Shown: one piece after another, positions 17,547-27,446 of the stretch
How positions within the stretch are numbered: the first letter of the stretch is position 1
How the letters are laid out: every line of letters starts with the position of its first letter
Assembly (NCBI GenBank): GCA_030141605.1
Contig: JAQGDQ010002424.1
Coordinates: 1 to 50,935, forward strand
Source of the DNA: Tubiluchus corallicola
Taxonomy: Eukaryota > Animalia > Priapulida
DNA: 50,935 nt
Reading direction: 5' to 3'
Notes under the pieces: model-generated
What the model was told of the DNA's origin: nothing
What the model saw: the letters and a program-made list of their open reading frames with translations, nothing else
Databases searched by the model: none
Program-made: the position numbers and the translations under genes

Positions 17547-20500
17547 TTACTCATTATTTAGTAAAACACATTGATTGTTTTGTATATCGCCTTCTACACT
17601 TTTATACTTTACATCTTTTTTTGTAGTTCCATCATTATATTGCACCGTAACACGTTCATTACGGCCTATCGTTTTCCTTGATTTCAAAGGCATTGGCTTT
17701 TCTTGCTTTTCTCTACCTGCGTTGTTGAGGTTAGCAAGCAATGATTTCAGGTCTTCTTTGCTTTCTTGATAACTTTCTTTAACTTTTTTTCTATGCTTTG
17801 CTTCTTGTATTTCCTGTGAGCTTGCAGATGGTAAGTTACATTTAACTAAGAAAGAGACTATGTCTCTATTGATTTTTTCTACAAACTGTTTAAACAGCTC
17901 AAAAGATTCAAACTTATAAATCAATAACGGGTCTTTTTGCTCATAGACAGCATGTTGCACTGATTGTTTCAAGTCATCCATCTCTTTCAAATGCTCCTTC
18001 CAACTTTGATCTATATTCACCAAAGAAACATTTTTTTGAAGTGACCTTATTAGCTCACCACATTGTGTGTCTACATTGGCTTGCAAGTTACTAACAATAC
18101 CCATTTGCTTCTTTCCATCTGTAACTGGTACTAATACATCTTTGACCGTAGCCCCCTTCTCCTTAAAAATTCCTTGAAACACTTGATATGCCTGCTCAGC
18201 CATTTGTTTGTTTTTTTCAAAATAATTTTTTTCTGTTGCTTCAAAAAGCTTCTGTATAAGTTCTTCGGTATTTATTTTGTCAAACTCTTTTTTATCAATA
18301 TTATAATCTATTCCAAGAGTGTTAATAACATTCAATCTAAAAGCATCTATGTTATCTGATTGTTTTGCATGGGTAGTTATGCTTTCGCACACTTCATACA
18401 TTATGTTGTGGATATCTAAGTCTAATCTTTCTCCAAATAAAGAATTTTTTCTTCTTTGGTATATTAGTTTTCTTTGAGAGTTCATGACATCATCATACTC
18501 CAATAGCCTTTTTCTAATTGAAAAGTTATTGGCTTCTACTTTCTTCTGTGCTCGTTCTATAGACTTAGTAATAAGGCTATGTTGAATTACTTCATTTTCT
18601 TTTAAGCCCATTCTATCCATTAATTTAGCAATTCTGCCTGAACCAAACAAACGCATCAAGTTATCTTCTAATGAGACAAAAAACTGCGAGCTACCGGGGT
18701 CACCCTGCCTTCCTGATCTACCTCTTAACTGCCTATCTACACGTCTTGATTCATGTCTTTCTGTTCCAATAATAGCCAACCCACCTGCTTTTTTAGATTC
18801 TGGTGCGAGCTTAATATCTGTTCCTCTACCTGCCATGTTTGTGGCAATAGTAATAGTTCCTGGCTTTCCTGCTTCCGTTACTATTTCTGCCTCTCTGGCA
18901 TGCTGCTTTGCATTGAGCACTTGATGTTTCATTTTCTTGAAATCAAGCATTCTACTCAAAAGTTCAGACGTTTCTACGGATGTTGTCCCTACCAAAACTG
19001 GTCTTCCAATAGAGATTAGCTGCCTTATTTCTTCTACAACGGCATTAAATTTTTCACGTGTTGTTTTGTAAATTTTATCTTGATGGTCTTTCCTCACAAT
19101 AGGTCTGTTGGTAGGAATAACGACAACATCAAGTTTGTAAATTTCCCAAAATTCCCCTGCCTCAGTTTCTGCTGTTCCTGTCATACCCGCCAGCTTGTGA
19201 TACATTCTAAAATAGTTCTGCAATGTAATAGTAGCATAGGTCTGTGTTGCATCTTCTACCTTCACGTTTTCTTTTGCTTCAATAGCTTGATGCAATCCAT
19301 CAGAATATCTTCTACCTTCCATCACCCTTCCTGTCTGCTCATCTATAATTTTCACTTTTCCATCTACCGTGATATATTCCGTATCCTTCTCAAACAAAGC
19401 GTATGCTTTCAACAGTTGGTTAATAGTATGTATTCTATCTGATTTTACGCTGTAGTCACTAATTAACTTTTCTTTAAGTTTTAGTTTTTTCTTCTCTCCC
19501 AAATCGGAATTTTTTTCTATAGCACCTATTTCTTCTGCAATATTGGGTAGGATAAAAAAGTTTTTATCTTTTATGCCCTCTTGGGTGGTAATCAAATCTA
19601 TCCCCTTTTCTGTAAGCTCAACAGTGTTGTTTTTTTCATTAATTGTAAAATATAGAGGAGCATCGGCTTCTGGCATATTTTTACTATTTTCTTGCAGAAA
19701 AAAGTTTTCTGTTTTTTGCAAAATTTGTTTCATTCCGGTTGCACTCAAATATTTAATCAAAGGCTTGTGTTTTGGCAATCCTCTATATGCTCTAAAAAGT
19801 GCCACGCCTCCTTCTTTTTCATTGCCATCGGTAATAAGTTTTTTTGCTTCTAATACATATTGTGAGACCAATTTTTTCTGCTCTTCTACTAATTTTAAAA
19901 CACTGGGTTTTAATTCTATGTATTGTTGTTCTGTTTTTTTTGTAACTGGTCCTGAAATAATAAGTGGCGTACGTGCTTCATCTATTAGTATAGAATCCAC
20001 TTCATCTATCATAGCATAATGATGCTTTCTTTGCACCATTTCATTGGACTCTCTCACCATATTATCTCTCAAATAATCAAAGCCAAATTCATTGTTAGTG
20101 CCAAAAGATATATCGGCTGCATATGCCTGCCTTCTTTCCTCGCTATGTGGCGTGTGTCTATCTATACAATCAACAGTAAGTCCATGGAACTGGTATATGG
20201 GGCCCATCCATTCACTATCTCTTTTGGCTAAGTAGTTGTTTACTGTTACAATATGTACTCCTCTTTTTGTCAAGGCATTCAAAAACGCAGGTAGCGTTGC
20301 TACCAATGTTTTACCTTCACCTGTGGTCATCTCAGCTATTTTACCTTGATGCAAAACTATCCCCCCCACCAACTGCACGTCATAATGTACCATGTTCCAT
20401 CGGACTTTATGTCCTGCAACTTCCCAAGTGCTGTGCCAATGCGCTTTATCGCCTTTTAGTTCTACATGTTCATGTTGTCCAGCCAGTTGTTTGTCATACA

Positions 20501-20894
20501 TGGTGGCTGTTACCTCAAGAGTTTCGTTTTCAACAAATCTTTTTGCTGTTTCTTTTATAACAGCAAAAGCGCGTGGCAAAGCATCCATTAAGGCTATTTC
20601 TAATTTTTCATTTCTATTTTCTTCCAACTTATCAATTTGTTGAAACAAATGATCTTTTTCTGTTAGCTCTATGTCACCTTGAGCTTTCTTTTGCAGGGTT
20701 TCTATTTCGCTGTCAATATTAGCAAGCCTATCGCTAATGAACTGCTGTATGTCCTGAGTAACAGAGCGCAAATCATCATTGCTTATGTTTTGTAATTTAG
20801 CAGATTCTTCGTGTATTTTGTCAACAATAGGAAGTATTTGCTTTATATCTTTTTGTGACTTTGTTCCAAAAAGCTTTGTAATGAAACCTAACAT
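17547..20894 (-). CDS. secA: Preprotein translocase ATPase SecA (long Bacteroidota type)
   Basis: AEMTTGEGKTL, FGFDYLRDNM, IDEVDSILIDEARTPLIISG, ATNMAGRGTDI, QLRGRSGRQGDPG. Confidence 0.99.
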   Translation of the reverse strand: MLGFITKLFGTKSQKDIKQILPIVDKIHEESAKLQNISNDDLRSVTQDIQQFISDRLANIDSEIETLQKKAQGDIELTEKDHLFQQIDKLEENRNEKLEIALMDALPRAFAVIKETAKRFVENETLEVTATMYDKQLAGQHEHVELKGDKAHWHSTWEVAGHKVRWNMVHYDVQLVGGIVLHQGKIAEMTTGEGKTLVATLPAFLNALTKRGVHIVTVNNYLAKRDSEWMGPIYQFHGLTVDCIDRHTPHSEERRQAYAADISFGTNNEFGFDYLRDNMVRESNEMVQRKHHYAMIDEVDSILIDEARTPLIISGPVTKKTEQQYIELKPSVLKLVEEQKKLVSQYVLEAKKLITDGNEKEGGVALFRAYRGLPKHKPLIKYLSATGMKQILQKTENFFLQENSKNMPEADAPLYFTINEKNNTVELTEKGIDLITTQEGIKDKNFFILPNIAEEIGAIEKNSDLGEKKKLKLKEKLISDYSVKSDRIHTINQLLKAYALFEKDTEYITVDGKVKIIDEQTGRVMEGRRYSDGLHQAIEAKENVKVEDATQTYATITLQNYFRMYHKLAGMTGTAETEAGEFWEIYKLDVVVIPTNRPIVRKDHQDKIYKTTREKFNAVVEEIRQLISIGRPVLVGTTSVETSELLSRMLDFKKMKHQVLNAKQHAREAEIVTEAGKPGTITIATNMAGRGTDIKLAPESKKAGGLAIIGTERHESRRVDRQLRGRSGRQGDPGSSQFFVSLEDNLMRLFGSGRIAKLMDRMGLKENEVIQHSLITKSIERAQKKVEANNFSIRKRLLEYDDVMNSQRKLIYQRRKNSLFGERLDLDIHNIMYEVCESITTHAKQSDNIDAFRLNVINTLGIDYNIDKKEFDKINTEELIQKLFEATEKNYFEKNKQMAEQAYQVFQGIFKEKGATVKDVLVPVTDGKKQMGIVSNLQANVDTQCGELIRSLQKNVSLVNIDQSWKEHLKEMDDLKQSVQHAVYEQKDPLLIYKFESFELFKQFVEKINRDIVSFLVKCNLPSASSQEIQEAKHRKKVKESYQESKEDLKSLLANLNNAGREKQEKPMPLKSRKTIGRNERVTVQYNDGTTKKDVKYKSVEGDIQNNQCVLLNNE

Positions 20895-20895
20895 T

Positions 20896-21063
20896 TTATT
20901 TTTCTTTATTTTTTCTGTTTACTAACATTTTAGTCGTATTACTACATTTACATCCTCTACCCCCTCCACAGTTTACATCTGTCTTACTATTTTTAAATAT
21001 CATATGGATAAGAAATGCAATTGCAACAATAAATAGTGCTATTATAATCAAATCTTGATACAT
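20896..21063 (-). CDS. 55-aa membrane peptide resembling FeoB-associated Cys-rich membrane proteins (not in ORF track)
   Basis: MYQDLIIIALFIVAIAFLIHMIFKNSKTDVNCGGGRGCKCSNTTKMLVNRKNKEK*; one TM helix plus CGGGRGCKC; stop 1 nt before secA ATG. Confidence 0.75.
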   Translation of the reverse strand: MYQDLIIIALFIVAIAFLIHMIFKNSKTDVNCGGGRGCKCSNTTKMLVNRKNKEK

Positions 21064-21275
21064 TAGGGTATATTTTGGATGTAATGCAAATTAAACAAAA
21101 TATTTGATTAAAATCTAAATTAAAAAACAAATATGTAGAATGTCTTCCAAAAACATTATGTTTTTGGATCTCATACTTCTTGGGAGGAATCTATAAGAAC
21201 AAAACTTAACAAGAGAAACAATTATCAACTCTTAGAAGAAGTATTTGTTTATTTGTAAAAAAAATAGAAATATTT

Positions 21276-21304
21276 TTTGTATTAAGAAAAAGTTTATAAC
21301 TTTG
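21276..21304 (+). promoter_or_regulatory. Bacteroidota promoter of tRNA-Val
   Basis: TTTG 21276-21279 and TAACTTTG 21297-21304, 11 nt before the tRNA. Confidence 0.75.
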
Positions 21305-21315
21305 AGGCGTTTTAT

Positions 21316-21390
21316 GGGTTCTTAGCTCAGCTGGTTTAGAGCACCTGCCTTACAAGCAGGGGGTCGTAGGTTCGAATCCTACAGGACCCA
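21316..21390 (+). tRNA. tRNA-Val(TAC)
   Basis: Cloverleaf; anticodon arm CCTGC-CTTACAA-GCAGG; GGTTCGAATCC T arm; CCA not encoded. Confidence 0.97.
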
Positions 21391-21492
21391 CATAAATCAA
21401 ACTTTGTGTAAGTTAGATATTTGCATACGGTTTGGTTTTTTTTATAGAGCAAATTTTATAGTGTATAATGCTTCACTTGCCATATCTATTTC

Positions 21493-22545
21493 TTATTTTT
21501 TCATATTCTGTAAAAAATTAGTAAGAGCAGTTGTCCAATCTTCACTTCCGTCCCATTGAGTGCCTATATATATCATTCCTGTTGGCAAATGTTTGATGTA
21601 GTATTTATAAACTAATTTATTTTGTTGTATTGCTTTAAGTCCTTCTGGTGCTGTGTCTTCTGTATAAAAAAAGTTCATGATTTGCTTGGGCGGGGCACTA
21701 ATGTAGTATAAGCCAAAGGGAATAGTTTGGTTTAATAGTTCTGATGATGTTGTATTATATTCTACTATTTTGTATTTGTTTTGATAGTTTTTTTCAAGGA
21801 TGCCAGATAAGTCACTGTTTTTTTGAACTGCAATATGTTTTGCATTATCAAGTTTCTCGCTCAATTGCTCATTGAGCATTATGGATGCTTTATCATGGGG
21901 TTCTATTTCATATAGAGGGAAGTTAAACACGCCCAAAACATCTATATTTAAATCTCTGGGATATTCTGAGGCTTTTTCTTTTCTTGAAAAATTATTGCTC
22001 TTGTCAAGCTCAGGAATGTCTAAAATTAATAGATTTTCTTGCTTTAATCCTTTCCGAAGAATTTCTTTATAAAATTCTTTTAGTAGTTCATCATAATTTT
22101 CATTTTCCAATACCCATCCTTGTTGGCCATACGATAGAATGCTTGTATTGTTTTTAAACTCTACTAATGAAATGGAGTAAAGGCTTTTGTTGTTGACAAA
22201 GGACTTTTTAATGAAAATAATGTTGCTTATTTGTCGCTTTTGAAGTACTCTAAAAACTTCACTTGTTAACTCTTTTCCTGCTAAAACATTATAAAAATCA
22301 AAATATTTTACTGCATCTATTCCTGACTGCATAAAATATTTATGGGATTTTTTGGCAAGTTTTATCCATGTATTTTTAGATGTTTCTACTTCATCTTGTA
22401 TAAACACTACCGTTCTCTTTTTTAGCAGGTTGTCAGAAATGTAATTTCTATTATTAATGAAATCAAAAACATCTATTTGTGCTAAGCTCATATTGTGAGA
22501 AAGGACAAATAATAGTGTTATAAATATGTTTTTAATATGCTTCAT
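21493..22545 (-). CDS. Exported hypothetical protein
   Basis: 350-aa ORF with signal peptide; no family recognised. Confidence 0.7.
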   Translation of the reverse strand: MKHIKNIFITLLFVLSHNMSLAQIDVFDFINNRNYISDNLLKKRTVVFIQDEVETSKNTWIKLAKKSHKYFMQSGIDAVKYFDFYNVLAGKELTSEVFRVLQKRQISNIIFIKKSFVNNKSLYSISLVEFKNNTSILSYGQQGWVLENENYDELLKEFYKEILRKGLKQENLLILDIPELDKSNNFSRKEKASEYPRDLNIDVLGVFNFPLYEIEPHDKASIMLNEQLSEKLDNAKHIAVQKNSDLSGILEKNYQNKYKIVEYNTTSSELLNQTIPFGLYYISAPPKQIMNFFYTEDTAPEGLKAIQQNKLVYKYYIKHLPTGMIYIGTQWDGSEDWTTALTNFLQNMKK

Positions 22546-22612
22546 AAATACCTGCTACAACATTCTATTACAAGTTTAAATAAATTATCAATGCCAAGCA
22601 AACAGGGAAATT

Positions 22613-24061
22613 TTAAAATTCTGCATTACCGGGGGTTCTTGGAAATGGAATAACATCTCTGATATTACTAATTCCACAAATAAATTGTAACATTCTTTCA
22701 AAACCAAGTCCAAAACCACTATGAGGAGCAGAGCCAAACCTTCTACTATCTAAATACCACCACAAACTTTTCTCTTCTATTTCCAATTCCCTAATCCTCT
22801 GTGTTAGTTTATCCAATCGCTCTTCTCTTTGAGAACCTCCTATAATTTCTCCTATTCCCGGAAACAATACGTCCATTGCTCGTACCGTTTTTCCATCATC
22901 ATTTTGCTTCATATAAAATGCCTTTATTTCTTTGGGATAGTCATATAAAATAACTGGCTTTTTAAAATGTTTTTCTACTAAATATCGCTCGTGCTCTGAA
23001 TGTAAATCAGCCCCCCATTGCTCTATAATGTATGAAAATTTTTTCTTTTTGTTGGGTTTAGAATTTCGCAAAATATCAATAGCCTCTGTATACGAAAGTC
23101 GTATAAATTCATTCTTTAATACAAAGTTCAACTTTTCTAATAAAGTCATATCACTTCTTTCGTGTTGTGGTTTTGTTTTTTCTTCTTGTGAGAATCTTTG
23201 GTTTAAAAACTCTAAGTCATCAGCACAATTATCTATCGCATACTTTATAAGATATTTTAATAAATCTTCTGCCAAGTTCATATTATCTTCCAAGTCGTAA
23301 AAAGCCATTTCTGGTTCTACCATCCAAAACTCTGCTAAGTGGCGCGATGTATTGGAGTTTTCTGCTCTAAAAGTAGGACCGAAAGTGTATACTTCTCCTA
23401 AAGCAAGAGCAAACAGCTCTCCTTCCAATTGCCCCGAAACAGTCAATTCCGTTTCTGTTCCAAAAAAGTCTTGCGCATAATCAGGCATTCCTTGTTCGTC
23501 TAATGGGCAATTATTTAGGGGTAAAGTCGTCACATTAAACATTTCTCCTGCTCCTTCGCAGTCAGATGCAGTGATTACTGGAGAATGTAGGTAAACAAAT
23601 CTTTTTTCATTAAAATATTGATGTATTGCAAAAGACATAGCATGCCTTACTCTAAATATAGCTCCAAATAGATTAGTGCGAGGGCGTAAATGGGCAATCT
23701 CTCTCAAAAATTCTAATGAGTGTTTCTTTGGTTGTATGGGGTATTCTTCAGGGTCTGATTCGCCAAGAATTTCTATTTTTAATACTTCTAACTCTATTGC
23801 CTGCCCTTTACCCTGTGATGTTACTACTTTTCCGTATACAGAAATACAGGCACCTGGAGTAATTTTCTTTATTGTAGACTCCTTTTCAGATTCAGGAGAG
23901 ATTACAAGTTGGAGATTTTTTATTGTAGAACCGTCATTTAATGCCACAAATACTACATTTTTGCTTTCTCGCTTAGTTTTCACCCATCCCTTTACTGTAA
24001 CTTCTCTGTTTTCTAAATTCCCTTGAAGTAAGTCCAATATTTTAATCCTTTCTTGCATCAT
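22613..24061 (-). CDS. asnS: Asparagine--tRNA ligase
   Basis: [57 protein letters not shown]. Confidence 0.98.
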   Translation of the reverse strand: MMQERIKILDLLQGNLENREVTVKGWVKTKRESKNVVFVALNDGSTIKNLQLVISPESEKESTIKKITPGACISVYGKVVTSQGKGQAIELEVLKIEILGESDPEEYPIQPKKHSLEFLREIAHLRPRTNLFGAIFRVRHAMSFAIHQYFNEKRFVYLHSPVITASDCEGAGEMFNVTTLPLNNCPLDEQGMPDYAQDFFGTETELTVSGQLEGELFALALGEVYTFGPTFRAENSNTSRHLAEFWMVEPEMAFYDLEDNMNLAEDLLKYLIKYAIDNCADDLEFLNQRFSQEEKTKPQHERSDMTLLEKLNFVLKNEFIRLSYTEAIDILRNSKPNKKKKFSYIIEQWGADLHSEHERYLVEKHFKKPVILYDYPKEIKAFYMKQNDDGKTVRAMDVLFPGIGEIIGGSQREERLDKLTQRIRELEIEEKSLWWYLDSRRFGSAPHSGFGLGFERMLQFICGISNIRDVIPFPRTPGNAEF

Positions 24062-24166
24062 ACTACTATTCTATTATTTATATATTTTCACTATTTGTTT
24101 TACAAAGATAATTTAAATGCCATACTTGTATTTTAAATTCATGAAATTATCTCTTCCAAAAAAAGG

Positions 24167-25328
24167 CTATTTTATGGATTCCCACAGTCGTGTTACAGCA
24201 TCATTTCCCATTACTGCTCTTTCAGGACGAGGATGTTGCTCATTAAACACTGAAAGGTTTTTTTCGTCAAGCAAAACAATGTTGCCCTCTCCAAAGTCTT
24301 TTTGGTTTAAAATATTTTTTGCTTTCAAATTTAAGTGCTTAGCCATAAAAGGATACATTGCTTCTCTTTTTTTGAAATCATACGAATGCTTTTCTTTAGA
24401 CAAATGATAATTTTCTACTCTGCCTTTTTTACCGTATAGCTTGTATATTTTTTGTGTATAAGGGAACTCTACATCGGGGGTGTTTTGTCCAATCTCCTCC
24501 TACCGATATCAAAAGCATAGGTCTTGGGGCGGCTAACGCAGCTATTTCTACATTACTGGTCTGATAGTTTTCTCCTTTATGAATAGGCATTCCACTTTCA
24601 CAGATACAACCTCCAAAAAAGTGAGCAGACACCATGACAACTGGTACAGAGACCTTAATCCTATCATCCAATGCCGTTACAATAAATGATTGCGTTCCTC
24701 CACCTGAGCCTCCTGTTACGGCAATTCTCGTTGTATCTACATAATCTAATGAACATAAAAAATCAACGGAACGAATAGAGTTCCACGTCTGTATTTTAAA
24801 AGCCAAAGGGTGCTTATGATCACACTGTTTAGAATCAGCGTACCCAATCATATCAAATGCAAAAACTACCGCTCCCATTTTAGCTAAGGTAGCAGCCCTT
24901 TTTTGCACATCTTCTTTTAACCTTTTATCCTTAGCATGCCCATGTGGAGAGAGTACAGCGGGATATTGTGTTTTTTTGTTTTTAGGTCTATACAAATTTC
25001 CTGTGACAAAAAAACCTGGTACACTTTCAAAAAAAACATTTTCTACAACATATCCATCCATTTCTTTGGCACTATGTACCACCGCATTTAAAGGAGTTTT
25101 TGGGGGAAAGGTTTCAAACCCAGAACCTTTTCTTATATGGGCTTTAATTTGTTCCTTACGAGCCTTCCAGTCAGATAAGGTTTTGTAGTTTTTCCCCCAT
25201 TGAGTGTGTAGTTGCTTGGCATACTCTTCTGTAAAATGATGACCAACACATAACATAGTATCTTTTTCTTGTGCAAAAACAGTTACACAAAAAAATAGTA
25301 GATATAGAGACAAGTATAATTTTTTCAT
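24167..25328 (-). CDS. Exported alpha/beta hydrolase (acetylxylan esterase-like), one apparent frameshift near 24476-24486
   Basis: PHGH, TGGSGGGTQ nucleophile elbow, GGCICE, APRP; after GDWTK the protein continues in another frame as TPDVEFPYIQKIYKLYG...HSYDFKKR to the stop at 24167. Confidence 0.8.
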
Positions 25329-25441
25329 AACCTGTATGAGTTTAATTTAAATTTATTTGTATTTAGAACAACCTTTGACAAAGGTAGCAAAAGTAGTTAG
25401 AAAAGGCTAAATGTGTTAAAAATTTATTCCTGCACAGAGGC

Positions 25442-27338
25442 TTATTGGTTAAGCTCTACTTTCCCTTCATCATTATATTTTAATATTTCTGCATCTACCA
25501 AACTTTTTACAACATTGATAAATTGTTTTTCGGAAAGATGCAGGTCTTTCATTAATTCCTGCATTGTTTTAGGGGAGGTAAGTATTTTGATGCATTTTTC
25601 TCTAATCTCTTCTATGTTAATATTCTCTTTTGGCTTGTTCTCTATACATATGTCACACACATTACATTGGTTTTCTAATGGCAAGTTAAAATATTGATAT
25701 ATAAATTGTTGCCTACACATGCTTTGTTGTTCTATGTACTTTTGAATAAACTTCATTTTTTCAAACGCTATTTTTTTTAATTGTAAATACTCTTTTGGAG
25801 AAGAAAATATATGGCGGGGATTTTGTCTAGGAAGAACAAAGGTTATTTGTGGTTTTTCTAATTGAGGATTATAAGCAAAAATTTCTTTTGTCTTTAAATT
25901 ATTAAGTTTTCTAATCACTGCCAAAACGCTAATATTCATCATTTGAGCTATTTTTCTTCGGAGATAGCAACAAAGTTACTAAACAACTCTCCTCCATATG
26001 TTCGCAAAATTGTTTTGATAAGCCCGTCATCAAAAGCATGAGATACTTGATATCTGTATAAGTCTTCTTTGCTAATAGGACAATGTAGTTTGGCGGGGCG
26101 ATGAAATGCGTCACTCATCTCTATTAGTCCTTCTTTTTCTAAAATTTTAATGGCATTGAAAACACTACTCTTTTTCAATTCAAAGAAGTTACAAAAATCT
26201 TCTATATCAAATGGATATGAGTTGAATTCTCCGCTTCCAATAGCCAACTTATAATAGTTTCCTAATGCTTGATATACTCTTTTGATGTCTCTTATTTCTG
26301 GAAATTTATTTTCTAACAGTACTCTTAAATTTTCTATATCTTTTTTTTCAAATAACAATATAGCATACGCTTTTTTTTCATCCCTTCCTGCTCTTCCCGC
26401 TTCTTGATAATATGACTCTAAGTCATTTGGAATGTCATAGTGAATAACCGTCCTAACATCCTGTTTATCAATTCCTAATCCAAAAGCATTGGTAGCTATC
26501 ATTACCTTTGTTTTATTACTCTGCCACTCTGTTTGTTTTTTATGTCTAATATCCACATTTAACCCTGCATGAAAAAAATCGGCTGTTATTCGGTGTTGTT
26601 TGATAAATTTGCTTAGTGCTTCACATTTTTTTCTGCTTTTAACATAAATTATACTGCTTCCTTTTACTTTTTGTAAGATTTCTAAAATTTTTTGTTCTTT
26701 ATACTCTACTTGCCTTACTATAAAAGATAAGTTGTTTCTTGAGAAATTCCCTAAAAATATTTCGGGTTCTTTTAGTAGTAACTTTTCGCATATATCTTTT
26801 CTCACTATTTGGGTTGCCGAGGCGGTAAGGGCAACAACATTTGTATTAGGGAAATAGGTTCTGAGCTTTGAAATTTCTAAATATGTTGGGCGAAAATCAT
26901 ACCCCTACTGCGATATACAATGTGCTTCATCTACGGCGATTAAGCTTACATTCATTTTCTCACTCTCTCTATAAAAAGTTCTGACTTTATTCTTTCAGGG
27001 GAAATATATAAAAATTTGGTATCAGCATAAATAGAGTTATCCAGTGTTATGTCTATTTCTCTTTTTGTCATGCCCGAATGCACTACATATGCTTTTATAT
27101 TTTTTTTTCGTAATTGCATAACTTGATCTTGCATTAGGGCAATGAGTGGAGAAATAACAATACACAATCCGTCTCGAAACATAATGGGCAATTGAAAACA
27201 AACGGATTTGCCACTTCCTGTTGGCATAATGGCTAACGTGTCTTTGCCTCTCAGTATGGCAGTTATAACCTTCTCTTGCGGGGGCCTAAAAGAATCATAC
27301 TGCCAATATTGGTTTAATGTTTGTTGCAGCGTTTTCAC
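25442..27338 (-). CDS. recQ: RecQ family DNA helicase, interrupted by two frameshifts and one TAG
   Basis: MPTGSGKS, DEAHCISQ*GYDFRP, ATNAFGLGIDK, YYQEAGRAGRD, CRQQ..YF..C..CD.C; breaks at 26955-26958, 26905-26907 and 25951-25955. Confidence 0.88.
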
Positions 27339-27446
27339 GTTTTTAAATTGCTTTTTGGTATAAAATATAACTAAATAAAAAAATAAGTGTGCTAAACTTC
27401 AAATTATTTTATAAAAATGTTTGTATTTTGGCTTGCAAGACGTTGA

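Noticed and set aside
25442-27338. Programmed frameshifting or phase variation in recQ
   Set aside because: Runs are only 4-5 nt, three separate lesions would need bypassing, and the same error type occurs across unrelated genes
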